Assembly (NCBI GenBank): GCA_009781085.1
Contig: WQYV01000001.1
Location: 5,438-69,437, forward strand
Origin: Betaproteobacteria bacterium
GTDB lineage: Bacteria; Pseudomonadota; Gammaproteobacteria; Burkholderiales; Rhodocyclaceae
DNA: 64,000 nucleotides
Direction: 5' to 3'
The notes beneath the pieces are model-generated. The model searched no databases, was not told the DNA's origin, and saw nothing but the letters and a program-made list of their open reading frames with translations. This document shows positions 50,148 to 63,608 of the stretch, piece by piece (the first letter of the stretch is position 1; the number at the start of each line of letters is the position of its first letter). A program made the translations under genes and the position numbers.

Positions 50148-51047
50148 ATGGCGGAAATTACCGCAAGCATGGTCAAGGAGTTGCGCGAGAAAACTGACGC
50201 ACCGATGATGGAATGCAAAAAAGCCTTGTCGGAAGCCGACGGGGATATAGTTAGGGCTGAAGAAATCCTGCGGGTGAAACTGGGCAACAAGGCGACCAAG
50301 GCTGCCGCCCGCGTCACCGCCGAAGGCGTAGTGGCCGTCCATATCTCGGATGACGGTAAGTTGGGCGTTATCTTGGAAGGTAACTGCGAAACCGATTTCG
50401 TTGCCAAGAACAATGATTTCATCGCGCTGGTCAAGGATGCCGCTGCGCTGGTGGCGAACAATGCCCCTGCCGACGTGGCCGCCCTTTCGGCGCTGCCGAT
50501 GGGCGAAGGCACGGTGGAATCGGTTCGTACCGCGCTGGTGGGCAGGATCGGCGAGAACATGACCTTGCGCCGCTTCCAGCGTGTTAAGGCCAAGGGGCAA
50601 CTTCATTCCTATATCCACGGTGGTGCGAAAATTGGCGTGTTGCTCGACCTAGTTGGCGGCGACGCGCAATTAGGCAAGGATTTATCCATGCATATCGCCG
50701 CTTCCAAACCGAAGGCACTGGATGCCAGCGGGGTGGATGCCGCCCTGGTCGATACCGAGCGCCGCATCGCCATCGAGAAGGCGCGTGAGTCTGGTAAACC
50801 CGAGAACATGCTGGAAAAAATCGCCGGAGGTACGGTGCAGAAGTTCCTCAAGGAAGTCACCTTGCTCAATCAGATCTTCGTGAAGGCCGAAGACGGTAAA
50901 CAGACTGTGGAACAGCTGCTGAAAGCCAAAGAAGCGACAGTAGCGGGTTTTACGCTTTACGTGGTCGGCGAAGGCATAGAGAAGAAATCCTCTGATTTTG
51001 CCGCCGAGGTGGCTCAACAAGCGGCAGCTGCAGCTGCCCAACAGTAA
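50148..51047 (+). CDS. tsf: Elongation factor Ts
   Basis: [27 protein letters not shown] and IGENM. Confidence 0.98.
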   Translation: MAEITASMVKELREKTDAPMMECKKALSEADGDIVRAEEILRVKLGNKATKAAARVTAEGVVAVHISDDGKLGVILEGNCETDFVAKNNDFIALVKDAAALVANNAPADVAALSALPMGEGTVESVRTALVGRIGENMTLRRFQRVKAKGQLHSYIHGGAKIGVLLDLVGGDAQLGKDLSMHIAASKPKALDASGVDAALVDTERRIAIEKARESGKPENMLEKIAGGTVQKFLKEVTLLNQIFVKAEDGKQTVEQLLKAKEATVAGFTLYVVGEGIEKKSSDFAAEVAQQAAAAAAQQ

Positions 51048-51068
51048 GAAGAGGGAAGCCATTTGCCC

Positions 51069-51785
51069 ATGTCCGCTGCGTCCTATTCCCGCATCTTGCT
51101 CAAACTCTCAGGCGAAGCCCTGATGGGTGAAGACAGCTATGGTATCAACGAATCCGTAGTGTCGCGCATCGTCTCGGAAATTGCCGAAATTACGAACCTG
51201 GGCGTGCAGGTTGGGGTGGTGATTGGGGGCGGTAACATCTTTCGAGGCATGGCGGGCGCAGCGGGTGGCATGGACCGTGCTACCGCTGACTACATGGGCA
51301 TGCTCGCCACGGTGATGAACGCGATAGCGCTTGCGGATGCGATGCGCCGTGCGAATTTACCCGCCCGCGTGCAGTCGGCGCTACGGATCGACCAAGTGGT
51401 CGAACCTTACATCCGTGGGCGTGCCATCCGCCATCTCGAAATGGGGCGGGTAATCATCTTCGCCGCAGGCACTGGCAACCCGTTCTTTACCACTGATACT
51501 GCTGCTGCCTTGCGTGGGGTTGAAATTGGCGCGCAAATCGTGCTCAAGGCCACTAAGGTGGATGGTATTTACACTGCTGACCCCAAAAAAGACCCCTCGG
51601 CGCAGCGGTTTACCCGTATTAGCTTCGACGAAGCCATTGGCCGTAGCTTGGCCGTGCTTGATGCCACCGCGTTCGCGCTGTGCCGTGACCAGAAGATGCC
51701 AATCAACGTTTTTTCGATCTTTAAACCTGGAGCCTTGCGTCGTGTCGTTATGGGTGGGGACGAAGGAACATTGGTTCATTCCTGA
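51069..51785 (+). CDS. pyrH: UMP kinase
   Basis: [25 protein letters not shown] and [10 protein letters not shown]. Confidence 0.98.
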   Translation: MSAASYSRILLKLSGEALMGEDSYGINESVVSRIVSEIAEITNLGVQVGVVIGGGNIFRGMAGAAGGMDRATADYMGMLATVMNAIALADAMRRANLPARVQSALRIDQVVEPYIRGRAIRHLEMGRVIIFAAGTGNPFFTTDTAAALRGVEIGAQIVLKATKVDGIYTADPKKDPSAQRFTRISFDEAIGRSLAVLDATAFALCRDQKMPINVFSIFKPGALRRVVMGGDEGTLVHS

Positions 51786-51809
51786 CGGTTCATTTCTGAG
51801 GATTTCGCG

Positions 51810-52367
51810 ATGATAGCTGAACTCAAAAAAACGATCGAACACAAGATGCAGAAGTCAGTCGAAACGCTCAAGAACGATCTCATCAAGATACGGACGGGGC
51901 GTGCTCACACAGGCCTGCTTGATCACATTCAGGTTGAGTATTACGGAAACATGATCCCGATCAGCCAGGCGGCCAACGTCACCTTGATTGATGCCCGTAC
52001 CATCGGCGTGCAGCCATGGGAAAAACCGATGGTGGCAAAAGTGGAAAAGGCGATCCGCGATTCCGACATTGGGGTAAATCCCGTCAATGTCGGTGAAATC
52101 ATCCGGGTTCCGATGCCGCCTCTTACTGAAGAGCGCCGCCGCGAACTCACCAAGGTCGTCAAACACGAAGGTGAAGCCACCAAAGTGGCTGTGCGCAACC
52201 TGCGGCGTGATGCTAACCAGCATCTCAAGGACGGGGTCAAGGACAAGACCATTTCGGAAGACGAAGAACGGCGGGCCGAGGAAAGCATCCAGAAACTCAC
52301 TGACCACTACATAGCCGAGATCGACAAGCTACTTGCCCAGAAAGAACAGGAACTGATGCAGATCTAA
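51810..52367 (+). CDS. frr: Ribosome recycling factor
   Basis: [14 protein letters not shown] and VRNLRRDAN. Confidence 0.98.
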   Translation: MIAELKKTIEHKMQKSVETLKNDLIKIRTGRAHTGLLDHIQVEYYGNMIPISQAANVTLIDARTIGVQPWEKPMVAKVEKAIRDSDIGVNPVNVGEIIRVPMPPLTEERRRELTKVVKHEGEATKVAVRNLRRDANQHLKDGVKDKTISEDEERRAEESIQKLTDHYIAEIDKLLAQKEQELMQI

Positions 52368-52417
52368 TCTGCCGGACAATCCCGGTCCCGCCGGACCGTG
52401 TGTGTGGAGAACACCAA

Positions 52418-53197
52418 ATGGCGGATCAAGCCTTTATCAGTTCCACCCAAACCGTACCTGACCTGAACAGGGTGCCGCAGCATATCGCCATCATCATGGA
52501 CGGTAACGGGCGATGGGCGCGCAAACGTTTCTTGCCCCGGATAGCCGGACATGCCCGTGGGGTGGAAGCGGTGCGCGGGACGATCCGCGCCGTAATCGAA
52601 CGCGGGGTTGAATACCTGACCTTGTTTGCGTTCAGTTCCGAGAATTGGCGGCGGCCCGCTGAAGAAGTTTCTTACCTGATGCAGTTGTTCATCAAATCAC
52701 TGCAAAAGGAAGTCAGGCGGCTGCACGAAAACAACATCCGCTTTCGCGTTATCGGCGACCGTTCGCGCTTCGAACCGGTACTGGTCAGGGCTATCGAGGC
52801 AGCCGAAGAACTTACCGCTGGCAGCACCCGGTTGCATTTAACCGTGGCGGCCAACTACGGTGGGCGTTGGGATGTGCTCACGGCGGTCAATCGCTTGCTT
52901 GACCGGCAGCCGGGGCGGTGCAAGATTGACGAAGAAGCGGTCAATGCTGAACTGTCGATGAACTTCGCACCCGAACCCGATCTGTTCATCCGTACCGGGG
53001 GCGAGCAGCGGATCAGTAACTTCCTGCTTTGGCAACTGGCGTATACAGAGTTTTTCTTTACGGATGCCTTGTGGCCGGATTTCGATGGAAAGGTGCTCGA
53101 CCAGGCCATTGCTTCCTATCAGGAACGTGAGCGCCGTTTTGGGCGCACCAGTGAACAACTGATTACTGGTGTTAGCGAAGCGGAGCGTCATGCTTAA
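52418..53197 (+). CDS. uppS: Undecaprenyl diphosphate synthase
   Basis: [19 protein letters not shown] and [15 protein letters not shown]. Confidence 0.97.
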   Translation: MADQAFISSTQTVPDLNRVPQHIAIIMDGNGRWARKRFLPRIAGHARGVEAVRGTIRAVIERGVEYLTLFAFSSENWRRPAEEVSYLMQLFIKSLQKEVRRLHENNIRFRVIGDRSRFEPVLVRAIEAAEELTAGSTRLHLTVAANYGGRWDVLTAVNRLLDRQPGRCKIDEEAVNAELSMNFAPEPDLFIRTGGEQRISNFLLWQLAYTEFFFTDALWPDFDGKVLDQAIASYQERERRFGRTSEQLITGVSEAERHA

Positions 53198-54071
53198 AAC
53201 GCGGGTCATTACGGCGGCTGCGCTGCTGGCTGGTTTGCTGGCGGCGCTGTTTTTTCTTCCACCATTAGGTTGGGCAGGTTTTTGTGCGTTGATTTGCGCG
53301 CTCGCGGCCTGGGAGTGGGGCGGGCTTGCGGGATGGGGCGGGAAGGCGCGGGTTGTTTATGGCGTCGTTTTGGGGTGTCTGTACCTTTTTTGGACAGTGG
53401 GGGTTGCAATTTCACCAGCCGCTGTCCTCCTTATTTGGTTTTCCTTTCCATTTTCTTTGTTCGCATGTCTCTTCTGGCTACTAGTTGTGCCGTTCTGGTT
53501 ATGGCGTAAATGGCTCTTGCGTAGTTGGATCGCGGTGTTGGTTGGGTTCATCGTATTGATTCCGCCTACGCTAGTTTTCTTTACCCTACGAGAAAGGTAT
53601 GGCCCTTGGAGCCTGATTATGGTATGTGCGTTGGTCTGGGTAGCCGACATCGCGGCCTATTTTTCCGGACGGACGTTCGGCGGTAAAAAACTCGCCCCCA
53701 ACATCAGTCCGGGTAAAACATGGGCGGGTGCGATTGGCGCAGTTATCGGTGTTTTGGTGTATTGCAATATGATTTTCTGGCTTGTATCCAACAAGCTTGA
53801 AATACAGCATGTATTGTTATTTCAACCACTATTTATCGTCCTGGCGGTTTGGAGCATCATCGGAGACCTTTTTGAATCATTACTTAAACGACAGGCGGGC
53901 GTAAAAGACAGTAGCAATCTTCTGCCAGGGCATGGCGGTATCCTTGACCGAATTGACAGCCTGACTTCGACTTTGGTGCCGATGGCTTTTATTTTTTCTG
54001 TAGTCTCACCTTACTTTTGTCCCACCAGTATCACTACTTTTGAAATCCCCTACTTATCACTTTTGAAATAA
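53190..54071 (+). CDS. cdsA: Phosphatidate cytidylyltransferase
   Basis: DIAAYF.G, SPGKTW.G, GDLFES and [16 protein letters not shown]. Confidence 0.96.
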   Translation: MLKTRVITAAALLAGLLAALFFLPPLGWAGFCALICALAAWEWGGLAGWGGKARVVYGVVLGCLYLFWTVGVAISPAAVLLIWFSFPFSLFACLFWLLVVPFWLWRKWLLRSWIAVLVGFIVLIPPTLVFFTLRERYGPWSLIMVCALVWVADIAAYFSGRTFGGKKLAPNISPGKTWAGAIGAVIGVLVYCNMIFWLVSNKLEIQHVLLFQPLFIVLAVWSIIGDLFESLLKRQAGVKDSSNLLPGHGGILDRIDSLTSTLVPMAFIFSVVSPYFCPTSITTFEIPYLSLLK

Positions 54072-54079
54072 CCGGTACC

Positions 54080-55279
54080 ATGCCCGCAGTTTTCCACCAA
54101 CAGGTCACCATTCTCGGCGCAACCGGTTCGATTGGCGCAAGCACGCTTGATGTCATCTCCCGCCACCCGGAACGCTATTCGGTTTTTGCCCTGACAGCGC
54201 ATCGTACGGCAGATCACCTTGCCAGGCTTTGTCTGCGGTTTTCCCCGCACTACGCGGTGATGACGGACGGGGAGGCGGCGAAGGAATTGAAGGGGCTGTT
54301 GCAGGCTGGGCGGTGCGCGACCACGGTGCTTGAAGGCGAGCAGGCCCTGTGCTTCGTTGCGAGTGCCCCCGAAACCGACGTGGTGATGGCGGCCATTGTG
54401 GGCGCGGCGGGGCTTCGCCCAACGTTGGCTGCCGTTACCGCAGGAAAAAAAGTGCTGCTTGCCAATAAGGAAGCCTTGGTGATGTCCGGCCAGTTTTTCA
54501 TGGATGCGGTGGGGGTATCTGGTTGCCATCTGTACCCGATCGATAGCGAGCACAATGCGATATTCCAGTCTTTGCCCAGGGATTTCCGACGCCGTCCAGA
54601 AGCGGACGGGGTGCGGCGCATCCTGCTCACGGCCTCAGGTGGGCCGTTCCGTGATACGCCGGCCGAAAAGCTGGAAATGGTCACGCCGGATGAAGCATGC
54701 GCCCACCCAATCTGGTCAATGGGGCCTAAGATTTCGGTTGATTCCGCGACCATGATGAATAAGGGGCTGGAAGTGATCGAAGCCCACTGGCTGTTTGGCG
54801 TGACTCCCAGCCGGATCGAAGTGGTCATTCACCCGCAGGGAATCATCCATTCGATGGTCGATTACGTCGACGGTTCGGTTTTGGCCCAACTCGGTAATCC
54901 CGACATGCGCATCCCGATTGCCAATGCCCTGGCTTGGCCAGAACGGATCGATTCGGGTGCCAACACGCTCGACCTTTTTGACATTGCTACGTTGCGTTTC
55001 GAACGTCCCGATTTTGACCGGTTTCCCTGTCTTTCCCTGGCGTATCAGGCGCTGGAGGCAGGCGGTTCGATGCCTGCCGCGCTTAATGCAGCCAATGAAG
55101 AGGCAGTGGCGGCGTTCCTGGATGGCAGGCTGGGGTTTTGCCGCATCGCCGACGTGATTGCCGCTACGCTGGAACGCAATGGATGGCCGAGAGCCGAAAC
55201 GCTTGAAGCGGTGCTGGAAACCGACGCATGCGCGCGCAGCTTAGCTCGCGAAGAAATCTGTAAACGGAGTGCTGCATGA
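54080..55279 (+). CDS. dxr: 1-deoxy-D-xylulose 5-phosphate reductoisomerase
   Basis: [27 protein letters not shown] and [17 protein letters not shown]. Confidence 0.97.
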   Translation: MPAVFHQQVTILGATGSIGASTLDVISRHPERYSVFALTAHRTADHLARLCLRFSPHYAVMTDGEAAKELKGLLQAGRCATTVLEGEQALCFVASAPETDVVMAAIVGAAGLRPTLAAVTAGKKVLLANKEALVMSGQFFMDAVGVSGCHLYPIDSEHNAIFQSLPRDFRRRPEADGVRRILLTASGGPFRDTPAEKLEMVTPDEACAHPIWSMGPKISVDSATMMNKGLEVIEAHWLFGVTPSRIEVVIHPQGIIHSMVDYVDGSVLAQLGNPDMRIPIANALAWPERIDSGANTLDLFDIATLRFERPDFDRFPCLSLAYQALEAGGSMPAALNAANEEAVAAFLDGRLGFCRIADVIAATLERNGWPRAETLEAVLETDACARSLAREEICKRSAA

Positions 55280-56622
55280 ACCTCCTTCTCCATTACGTAG
55301 TCCCATATGTCATTGCCCTTGGAGTATTGATACTGGTTCATGAATTGGGGCATTACCTTGTTGCACGTTGGTGCTGCGTCAAAATCCTGCGGTTCTCGAT
55401 CGGTTTTGGCCGCCCGCTGTTGAGGGTTAAGAGCGGCGAAACCGAGTGGGTGCTGGCAGCGGTTCCGCTTGGTGGCTACGTCAAGATGCTTGGCGAGGGC
55501 GACGACGAAGTTGAAGAGCATGAATCGCACCGGGCTTTCAATCGCCAATCGGTAGGGCGGCGCTTTGCTATTGTAGTTGCCGGGCCGCTTGCCAACCTGT
55601 TGTTGGCCATCGTTTTGTACTGGGGGCTATATGTGGGCGGCAGCGATGAACTGCGGCCTCTGATCGCTCCTGCTAAGATGGGAGCCAGTTTGGCACACGA
55701 CGCAGGTGTGCGCGAGGGTGACTTGGTGTTGAGCATCGATAGCGAGGAAATCAAGAGCTGGCAGGATTTGCGGTGGGTATTGCTGCGTCATGCGGTCGAC
55801 AGCGACGAGGTGCACCTGTTAGTGCGCACACGGATGGGTGATAATGCCGTGCGGGTTCTCGATTTGCGGAATTTTTCCCTCGATGAAGTGGGCATGGAAG
55901 ACCCGGTTTTTCGTATGGGTTTGCGCCCGGGTTCAGTTCCTGCGCGCATCGACCATGTGGAAGAGGGCGGCGCGGCGGGCAAAGGCGGTATGCTCAAGGG
56001 CGATGAAATTGTCGCTATCGATGGCAGGCCGATGAATTTGATCTATGAAATCGTTGAAACCGTGCGCGCCACGCCAGGGCAAACGCGGATGTTCACCGTG
56101 CGCCGGGGCGGGGAAGAGCGGACGTTTGCTGTTGCTGTGGGCGAAAAACAAGCCAAGGGTGGCGAAACGGTTGGTTTCATCGGCGTGGGTTTCGACGATT
56201 CGGCCCTGTACGCTAGGGTGAGTTACGGGCCGCTCGACGCCATGGTGCGTGCCATGCATCTGACTTGGGAAACCAGTGTGCTGACCCTGAAATCCATTGG
56301 TAAAATGATTCTCGGCAAGATTTCGCTGAAAAACATTTCGGGGCCGATCACGATTGCTGACATTGCGGGAAAGTCGGCTCAACACGGGGCGGCGGCCTTT
56401 ATTCGCTTCTTGGCGTTCATCAGCATCAGTCTTGGGGTTTTGAATTTGCTGCCCGTGCCTGTGCTCGACGGGGGACATTTACTGTATTATTCGGCAGAGT
56501 TTATCAAAGGTAGCGCGCTTTCTGATCGTGTCGTGGCAGTTGGCCAAAGAATTGGGCTAGCGATCCTCTTCATGCTGATGGCGTTTGCCCTTTATAATGA
56601 TATCAACCGTCTCACCTCCTGA
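55276..56622 (+). CDS. rseP: RIP metalloprotease RseP
   Basis: HELGH zinc motif, PLGGYV, PDZ domains and [11 protein letters not shown]. Confidence 0.97.
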   Translation: MNLLLHYVVPYVIALGVLILVHELGHYLVARWCCVKILRFSIGFGRPLLRVKSGETEWVLAAVPLGGYVKMLGEGDDEVEEHESHRAFNRQSVGRRFAIVVAGPLANLLLAIVLYWGLYVGGSDELRPLIAPAKMGASLAHDAGVREGDLVLSIDSEEIKSWQDLRWVLLRHAVDSDEVHLLVRTRMGDNAVRVLDLRNFSLDEVGMEDPVFRMGLRPGSVPARIDHVEEGGAAGKGGMLKGDEIVAIDGRPMNLIYEIVETVRATPGQTRMFTVRRGGEERTFAVAVGEKQAKGGETVGFIGVGFDDSALYARVSYGPLDAMVRAMHLTWETSVLTLKSIGKMILGKISLKNISGPITIADIAGKSAQHGAAAFIRFLAFISISLGVLNLLPVPVLDGGHLLYYSAEFIKGSALSDRVVAVGQRIGLAILFMLMAFALYNDINRLTS

Positions 56623-56636
56623 TACTGAATATCCGC

Positions 56637-58976
56637 ATGACTTATAAACGCCTTGCCGGGCTGATTGCGGCCCTCTTTATTTCCTTGCCGGCCTTGGCTT
56701 TTCAGCCGTTCGTGGTCAAGGATATCCGGGTTGAAGGTTTGCAGCGCACCGAGGCGGGTACCATATTTAATTACCTGCCCGTGAAAGTGGGCGATATGTT
56801 TGATGAAACCCAGGCGAGCGAGGCGATACGCGCTTTGTTTAACACTGGTTTTTTCCGGGACGTGCGCATCGAAACCGACCGCGATGTACTGGTAGTTGTA
56901 GTCGATGAACGTCCGGCCATTGCGCGGGTTGATTTCGTCGGTGTCAAGGATCTTGATGTTGATGCGCTCAGGAAGGGGCTACGCGATATCGACCTGGCTG
57001 AATCCCGTGCTTTCGACCGTGCGCTTCTCGACCGCGCCGAGCAGGAAATCAAACGCCAATACCTCGCACGCGGCAAGTTCGGCGCAACTGTCACGACTAC
57101 GGTGACGCCGCTCGAGCGCAACCGTGTCGGCATTGCCTTCAACGTCGATGAAGGCGATGTCGCCCGTATCCGGCAGATCAAGATTATTGGGGCAAAGACC
57201 TTCAAGGAAGGCGACCTGCTTGACATCTTCGAGCTTTCCACTCCAGGCTGGTTTACTTGGTATACCAAGCGTGACCGGTATTCGCGCCAAAAACTTGCTG
57301 CCGACCTTGAACGCCTGCGTTCCTATTACCTTGACCGTGGCTATCTCGATTTCAATATTGAAGCCACCCAGGTTTCGATTACGCCGGATAAAAGGGACAT
57401 CTACATTACGATCAACCTTCGCGAAGGCGAGCGTTACACTGTGACTGGCGTGCGTTACGCGGGTAACCTAGTTTTGCCCGAAGACGAATACCTGAAACTG
57501 ACCACTATTCATCCCGGTGAGATTTTCTCGCGCGAGCGGCTGACCGAAACCACCAAAGCAATTGCCGACCGTTTGGGTAATGAGGGCTATGCGTCTGCCA
57601 ACGTCAACGCCTCGCCCGAAGTGAACGAACAAAAAAACGAGGTCGCTTTTACCATCTACGTTGATCCCGGCCGCAAGGTGTATGTGCGGCGCGTCAATGT
57701 GCAGGGCAATAGTAAGACCCGTGATGGGGTTATCCGCCGCGAGATTCGCCAGATGGAAAGCGCTTGGTACAATGGTGAGGCGATCAACCGCTCACGCGTT
57801 CGTATCGACAGGCTAGGTTATTTCGAGGAGGTGACGGTCGAAACGCCGTCCGTGTCGGAGACGACCGACCAGGTCGATGCCAATTTCACGGTCAAGGAGC
57901 GGCGCACCGGCAACCTGATGCTCGGGGTGGGTTATTCCGCAGCCGACAAGGCCGTGCTCCAGGCGTCGATCTCGGATAATAATATTTTTGGTTCTGGTAA
58001 GAACGCGGTGCTCGCCTTCGATACGTCCAGATCCTTCCGCACCGTGTCGTTGTCTGTGACCGACCCATATTTCACCGTTGATGGCGTGAGCTTGGGGGGG
58101 GATATTTATTACCGTACTTACGATCCGGCGAAAACTACGTCGGTGTCGCCCTTCAGTATGGTTTCGACAGGTGCGGCTCTGCGGATAGGTTATCCGATTG
58201 CTGAGGACGATAGCATCAGTTTTGGTTTGGGCGTTGACCGCACCAGGATCACTACGCTTGAGAACAGTTTCAGATCTTACAAAGAATTCTGTATAGATTT
58301 TGGTTGTACTGGGCCAGGGGAGCAGACGACCGGCGTTGGGGAAGCCACTGTCAGCAGCCTAATACTGAGTTCGGGCTGGGGGCGCGATACCCGCAACAGC
58401 TTTTATTATCCAACCAAAGGTACTTACCAGCGCATTTACGGCGAAGTTGCAACCGCTCCGGCGGATCTTCGCTATGGCAAGATCACTTACCAATTCCAAC
58501 ACTGGTTCCCAATTGGCCGTAGCTCTGCCCTGATGTTCAACTCCGAGTTTGGTTGGATGAAGGGTTACGATGAAAAGCCGATACCGTTTTTCAAGAACTT
58601 TTATGTAGGTGGCATTGGTTCTGTGCGCGGTTATGACACGTATTCAATTGGCCCACGGGATTCGGATGGCAATGCCATTGGCGGTTCGCGCAAGTTCGTT
58701 GGTAACCTTGAATTCTTCTTTCCGATGCCCGGTTCGGGAAGCGACCGTTCATTCCGTTTCTCGACTTTCGTCGATGCGGGTACCGTCTGGGGGAAAGACC
58801 CTGTAACGGGGAATGACCAGCATATCAGGGCTAGCGATTTGCGATACAGTGCAGGCTTGGCTCTGACATGGAACGCGCCGATTGGCCCGCTCAAGTTCAG
58901 CCTGGGTTACCCGATTAGGAAGAAAGAGGGTGACAAGACCCGATCCTTCGACTTTTTGCTCGGCGCTACATTCTGA
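56637..58976 (+). CDS. bamA: Outer membrane protein assembly factor BamA
   Basis: Five POTRA domains, VRGY motif and C-terminal Phe. Confidence 0.97.
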   Translation: MTYKRLAGLIAALFISLPALAFQPFVVKDIRVEGLQRTEAGTIFNYLPVKVGDMFDETQASEAIRALFNTGFFRDVRIETDRDVLVVVVDERPAIARVDFVGVKDLDVDALRKGLRDIDLAESRAFDRALLDRAEQEIKRQYLARGKFGATVTTTVTPLERNRVGIAFNVDEGDVARIRQIKIIGAKTFKEGDLLDIFELSTPGWFTWYTKRDRYSRQKLAADLERLRSYYLDRGYLDFNIEATQVSITPDKRDIYITINLREGERYTVTGVRYAGNLVLPEDEYLKLTTIHPGEIFSRERLTETTKAIADRLGNEGYASANVNASPEVNEQKNEVAFTIYVDPGRKVYVRRVNVQGNSKTRDGVIRREIRQMESAWYNGEAINRSRVRIDRLGYFEEVTVETPSVSETTDQVDANFTVKERRTGNLMLGVGYSAADKAVLQASISDNNIFGSGKNAVLAFDTSRSFRTVSLSVTDPYFTVDGVSLGGDIYYRTYDPAKTTSVSPFSMVSTGAALRIGYPIAEDDSISFGLGVDRTRITTLENSFRSYKEFCIDFGCTGPGEQTTGVGEATVSSLILSSGWGRDTRNSFYYPTKGTYQRIYGEVATAPADLRYGKITYQFQHWFPIGRSSALMFNSEFGWMKGYDEKPIPFFKNFYVGGIGSVRGYDTYSIGPRDSDGNAIGGSRKFVGNLEFFFPMPGSGSDRSFRFSTFVDAGTVWGKDPVTGNDQHIRASDLRYSAGLALTWNAPIGPLKFSLGYPIRKKEGDKTRSFDFLLGATF

Positions 58977-59017
58977 TGTGTGCTGTGCTATCAAAAACGA
59001 CTCACTTGGAGAAATGT

Positions 59018-59521
59018 GTGAAAGTTCGTGCCCTTCCCGTACTTGCTCTAGTTCTGATGGGAGTCTCCCAACTGGCGCTCGCGGATGCCGCCAAAATCGG
59101 TTTCGTCAATTCCGAACGCGTAATGCGTGAATCTGCGCCAGCCGTGCGTGCGCAGCAACGCATCGAAAAAGATTTTTCCAAGCGCGACCAGGAATTGCAA
59201 CGCATGGCCAAAGATATGGACGCCCTCCAGAAAGAGCTGGAAAATGAAAATTCGAAAATGAGTACCCCTGAGCGCCAAGCGAAAGAGCGGTCCCTTGCTG
59301 ACCTCAACCGGGATTTCCAACGTAAGAAGCGTGAGTTCGGCGAAGACCTCAATCAGCGCCGTAACGAGGAATTGGCTTCGATCATTGAAAGAACCAACCA
59401 GGTCATTAAACAGATCGCTGAAAGCGATAAGTATGATGTCGTACTCCAGGATGTTGTGTATGCAAACCCTCGTATTGACATCACGGACAAGGTGCTCAAG
59501 GCGCTAGCCGATACCAAGTAA
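59018..59521 (+). CDS. skp: Periplasmic chaperone Skp/OmpH
   Basis: Signal peptide, KIGFVN, coiled coil and DITDKVL. GTG start follows GGAG. Confidence 0.94.
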   Translation: MKVRALPVLALVLMGVSQLALADAAKIGFVNSERVMRESAPAVRAQQRIEKDFSKRDQELQRMAKDMDALQKELENENSKMSTPERQAKERSLADLNRDFQRKKREFGEDLNQRRNEELASIIERTNQVIKQIAESDKYDVVLQDVVYANPRIDITDKVLKALADTK

Positions 59522-59538
59522 GGTTCTTGGTCGTCACG

Positions 59539-60588
59539 ATGCCACGAATCGATGCATTGGTTGCCCGGCTAGGGGGCGAACTGGTTGGAAACGGCAGTGT
59601 GGAGGTGCACCGGGTTGCTACGCCTGAACAAGCGGGCGAGGGCGATCTGGTGTTTCTCGCCAACCCGAGATACTTGGAGCGGCTGAGAAGCAGCCGTGCG
59701 GCGGCCTTCATCGTTAGGCCAGCGCACCGGGACGCAGTCGGTGATGACCGGCCACGCATCGTAACAGGCGACCCTTATCTTTACTTTGCACGTGCCTCCC
59801 AGTTTTTCAACCCCCCGCCCCCCATTGTTCCTGGCGTGCACCCGCTCGCGTCGGTGCGTTGTGCGGTATCGGCAACGGTGGCGGTCGATGCCGGAGCCGT
59901 ACTGGAAGAAGGGGCGGAAATCGGCGAGGGTGCCCTGATTGGGGCCAATTGCTATGTCGGGCGCGGGGTGCGCATCGGGCGCGGCACGCGGCTGGCACCC
60001 AATGTCACGATTTATGCCGGTTGTGTGATCGGCGAAAACTGCATCATCCATGCGGGCGCGGTGATTGGCTCAGATGGCTTTGGCTTCGCACGGGAAGCCT
60101 CCGGCGAATGGGTCAAAATTCCACAAATAGGTCGGGTTGTGATCGGCAATGACGTGGAAATCGGGTCTAATACCTCGATAGACCGTGGTGCGTTGGAAGA
60201 CACCGTGATCGGCGATGGCGTTAAGCTCGACAATCAAATCCAGGTTGCCCACAACGTCCATATCGGTGAGTACACCGCCGTGGCGGGCAGTACGGGTATT
60301 GCGGGCAGCGCAAAGATTGGCGCACGTTGTATGATTGGTGGCCAAGCTGGTATCTCCGGGCATATTACCATCGCGGACGATGTGATCATTTCCGGTTGTA
60401 CCCTAGTGTCGAAATCCATCCAGAAGGCGGGTGTCTACACTGCTTGCCTGCCGTTACAAACGCACACCGAGTGGGTCAGAAATTTCGCCCATCTCCGTCA
60501 TCTTGATGCGCTCGCAAATAAAATACGCCTTCTCGAACAACGACTCCTGGAACAACAGGAAAACGAAAAAACCACAGGGACACTCTGA
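59539..60588 (+). CDS. lpxD: UDP-3-O-acylglucosamine N-acyltransferase
   Basis: DPYLYFA, hexapeptide repeats, IGSDGFG and [12 protein letters not shown]. The start could be 59527. Confidence 0.96.
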   Translation: MPRIDALVARLGGELVGNGSVEVHRVATPEQAGEGDLVFLANPRYLERLRSSRAAAFIVRPAHRDAVGDDRPRIVTGDPYLYFARASQFFNPPPPIVPGVHPLASVRCAVSATVAVDAGAVLEEGAEIGEGALIGANCYVGRGVRIGRGTRLAPNVTIYAGCVIGENCIIHAGAVIGSDGFGFAREASGEWVKIPQIGRVVIGNDVEIGSNTSIDRGALEDTVIGDGVKLDNQIQVAHNVHIGEYTAVAGSTGIAGSAKIGARCMIGGQAGISGHITIADDVIISGCTLVSKSIQKAGVYTACLPLQTHTEWVRNFAHLRHLDALANKIRLLEQRLLEQQENEKTTGTL

Positions 60589-60592
60589 AATC

Positions 60593-61033
60593 ATGGTCAT
60601 GGACATCAACGAAATCCTCCGCTATTTGCCGCACCGCTACCCCTTCCTGTTGGTTGACCGGGTACTGGAGGTCCAGGAAAACCGCATCCTCGCAATCAAG
60701 AACGTCACCGTAAATGAACCATTCTTTCCCGGTCACTTTCCCCATCACCCGGTCATGCCGGGAGTGCTTATCGTCGAAGCGCTGGCTCAGGCCGCAGCGC
60801 TGCTGTCGTGCAAGGTGAATGATGTTATCCCTACCGAGGAGTCGGTCGTCCTGTTTGCTGGTATGGATAGGGTTCGCTTCAAACGCCAAGTTGTACCGGG
60901 CGACCAAATGCTGTTTGATGTTTCCATGCTGCAAAATAAACGCGGTATCTACAAATACAGAGGGCTTGCCACCGTTGACGGCGAACTGGCCGTTGAGTCT
61001 GAATTCATGTGCGCCCTCAGGATCAAGCCATGA
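60593..61033 (+). CDS. fabZ: 3-hydroxyacyl-ACP dehydratase
   Basis: [12 protein letters not shown] and FPGHFP...[12 protein letters not shown]. The start is 60593 or 60599. Confidence 0.97.
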   Translation: MVMDINEILRYLPHRYPFLLVDRVLEVQENRILAIKNVTVNEPFFPGHFPHHPVMPGVLIVEALAQAAALLSCKVNDVIPTEESVVLFAGMDRVRFKRQVVPGDQMLFDVSMLQNKRGIYKYRGLATVDGELAVESEFMCALRIKP

Positions 61034-61800
61034 TTCATCCGGCAGCCATCGTTCATCCCGGCGCAAAAATAGGAAACGGGGTCGAGATTGGACCGTACTC
61101 GGTCGTCGGCGAACATGTCGAGATTGGTGATGGCACATGGATCGGCCCGCATGTCGTACTCGAAGGCCATACCCGCATCGGGCGCGAAAACAGGATTTTC
61201 CAGTTCAGTTCACTTGGCGGGGAACCGCAAGACAAAAAATATTCCGGCGAACCTACCCGGCTAGAAATCGGTGACCGCAACACTATCCGCGAGTATTGCA
61301 CTTTCAGTACCGGTACGGCTCAGGATAGCAGCGTGACCCATGTTGGTAATGACAACTGGATTATGGCTTATGTGCATATCGCGCACGATTGCCAGGTTGG
61401 CAACAATACCGTCTTTGCCAATGGTGCTTCGCTTGCTGGGCATGCCCATATAGGCGATTGGGCTATTCTCGGCGGTTTTAGCGGCGTCCACCAGTTCGTC
61501 CGCGTTGGTGCGCATAGCTTTATCGGTGCGTTCGCCCTGCTGCTCCAGGATTTGCCCCCTTACGTCACTGTGGGCGGCAGCCCTGCCGCACCGCACGGGA
61601 TCAACAGTGAAGGGCTGCGACGGCGGGGGTTTTCAACCGAAGCGATTGCCGCGATTAAGCGGGCTTATCGTATCCTTTATCGTAAAGGTCTTCCTCTTGC
61701 GGAGGCGCGCGAGCAAGTCATCGCGATTGCCGCCGATTACGCCGAAGTTCGACCTCTTGCCGATTTCATCGGCGTATCAGGGCGGGGATTAGTGCGCTGA
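61030..61800 (+). CDS. lpxA: UDP-N-acetylglucosamine O-acyltransferase
   Basis: IHPAAIV, PQDKKY, HIAHDC, HQF and [10 protein letters not shown]. Confidence 0.97.
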   Translation: MIHPAAIVHPGAKIGNGVEIGPYSVVGEHVEIGDGTWIGPHVVLEGHTRIGRENRIFQFSSLGGEPQDKKYSGEPTRLEIGDRNTIREYCTFSTGTAQDSSVTHVGNDNWIMAYVHIAHDCQVGNNTVFANGASLAGHAHIGDWAILGGFSGVHQFVRVGAHSFIGAFALLLQDLPPYVTVGGSPAAPHGINSEGLRRRGFSTEAIAAIKRAYRILYRKGLPLAEAREQVIAIAADYAEVRPLADFIGVSGRGLVR

Positions 61801-61801
61801 C

Positions 61802-62977
61802 ATGACACCTACGATTGCCATGGTAGCTGGGGAAGCCTCCGGCGATTTACTAGCCGCCCACCTGATCCGCGCTATCCGCACCCATCTGCCCAATGCGCGC
61901 TTTTATGGTATTGGTGGGCCGAAAATGCAGGCCGAGGGGTTCGACGCGCTCTGGCCTTCCGAATTGCTCTCAATCAACGGCTATACAGAGGCTATCGGCC
62001 GCTACAGCTCACTGGCAGGCATTCGCCGTAAATTGCTGAAAGATATCCGGCGTACGCAGCCCAACGTGTTCATCGGTGTCGACGCGCCAGATTTCAACCT
62101 TTGGCTGGAGGGCAAAATCAAGGCGGATGGCATTCCGGCCATCCATTTCGTCAGCCCCTCGATTTGGGCTTGGCGCGGCAGGCGGATCAAGACCATCGCA
62201 CGTTCGGTGACGCACATGTTGTGCCTGTTTCCGTTCGAGATGCCAATTTACGAGCGTGCGGGCATTCCCGCCACTTATGTCGGGCATCCGCTTGCGGACG
62301 AACTACCAATAGAGCCAAATCGGCAGGCCGCGCGCGAGCGGCTGGATTTACCGTCCGACGCGACTATTGTGGCACTGCTGCCTGGTAGCCGGCAGTCGGA
62401 AGTTAGTAATTTGGCCGATTGCTTCATCGCCACGGCAGAAATCATTGCGCACCGGCGGCCGGAAACTATGTTTCTCGTGCCATTGGCGACCCGCGAGACA
62501 CGCGAAATTTTCGCTGAAGCGCTGTACCATCGGGGTTCGGCCGAGGATATGTCGATGCGCCTGCTGTTTGGCCACGCGGTCGATGCAATGACTGCCGCTG
62601 ACGTAGTGCTAGTCGCCAGCGGTACGGCCTGCCTTGAAGCCGCGCTACTTAAGCGCCCGATGGTAATCAGCTACCGCATGGGTAAATGGCAGTACCGCCT
62701 GATCAAACGCATGGCCTATCTACCTTGGGTCGGATTGCCTAACATCCTGCTCAACGAACTCGTGGTTCCTGAGTTGCTCCAGGATGACGCGAATCCTAAC
62801 ATCATGGCCGATGCTGTCGAGAAATGGCTTGGCGATGCTGACGGATGCGCGGCACTCGCCGACCGTTTCACTAGCCTGCATCATGAACTGCGTCAGGGGA
62901 CGGCAGAACGGGCGGCCAAGGTCATCTTGCCTTATTTGCGTGATTCAGTCTCTTCGCGGGAAACAGGGGCATCCTGA
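61802..62977 (+). CDS. lpxB: Lipid-A-disaccharide synthase
   Basis: [33 protein letters not shown] and SGTA.LE. Confidence 0.97.
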   Translation: MTPTIAMVAGEASGDLLAAHLIRAIRTHLPNARFYGIGGPKMQAEGFDALWPSELLSINGYTEAIGRYSSLAGIRRKLLKDIRRTQPNVFIGVDAPDFNLWLEGKIKADGIPAIHFVSPSIWAWRGRRIKTIARSVTHMLCLFPFEMPIYERAGIPATYVGHPLADELPIEPNRQAARERLDLPSDATIVALLPGSRQSEVSNLADCFIATAEIIAHRRPETMFLVPLATRETREIFAEALYHRGSAEDMSMRLLFGHAVDAMTAADVVLVASGTACLEAALLKRPMVISYRMGKWQYRLIKRMAYLPWVGLPNILLNELVVPELLQDDANPNIMADAVEKWLGDADGCAALADRFTSLHHELRQGTAERAAKVILPYLRDSVSSRETGAS

Positions 62978-62984
62978 AGAGGGT

Positions 62985-63578
62985 ATGGCCGGGGTAAAAG
63001 TCTGCGGTGTCGACGAAGCTGGGCGCGGCCCCTTATGTGGGTCGGTGGTGGCTGCTGCCGTTATTCTCGACCCTATGTGCCCCATTGAAGGTTTGGCCGA
63101 TTCCAAGAAACTGGGCGCACGTGCGCGCGAACGTCTGGCAGGTCTGATCCGGCAACGGGCGCTTGCCTGGGGCGTAGCCGAAGCCACAGTGGAAGAAATC
63201 GACCGTTTCAACATCCTGCAAGCCAGCCTGTTGGCGATGCAACGCGCCATTGCTGCGCTGTCCATTACTCCCGATGAAGTATGGGTCGACGGCAATCATT
63301 GCCCGGATATTACCCTGCCTGTATGGGCCATCGTCGGCGGTGATGCACTGGAACCAGCTATTTCCGCAGCCTCCATCCTCGCCAAAACCGTGCGTGACGC
63401 GCAAATGATCGAACTGGACCGCCTCCATCCCCAATTTGGCCTCGCACGCCACAAAGGGTATCCGACTGCTGCGCATCTTGAAGCCATCCGTCGGTACGGC
63501 GTCACAGATTTCTATCGCAAGAGCTTCGCACCCGTGCGACAGGTTCTCGCCAATCCGCTGCTATGCGCGGGCGGTTGA
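62985..63578 (+). CDS. rnhB: Ribonuclease HII
   Basis: [28 protein letters not shown] and HKGYPT. Confidence 0.97.
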   Translation: MAGVKVCGVDEAGRGPLCGSVVAAAVILDPMCPIEGLADSKKLGARARERLAGLIRQRALAWGVAEATVEEIDRFNILQASLLAMQRAIAALSITPDEVWVDGNHCPDITLPVWAIVGGDALEPAISAASILAKTVRDAQMIELDRLHPQFGLARHKGYPTAAHLEAIRRYGVTDFYRKSFAPVRQVLANPLLCAGG

Positions 63579-63608
63579 TCGTTCATATCGAAAAAGACCA
63601 GTTTTGCG

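Noticed and set aside
10433-62985. Long N-terminal extensions given by the ORF track for mutL, yciB, nth, rnfC, rnfA, pyrD, purH, fabZ and rnhB
   Set aside because: They overlap neighbouring genes or promoters and lack family similarity. Starts were moved to the conserved N-termini.
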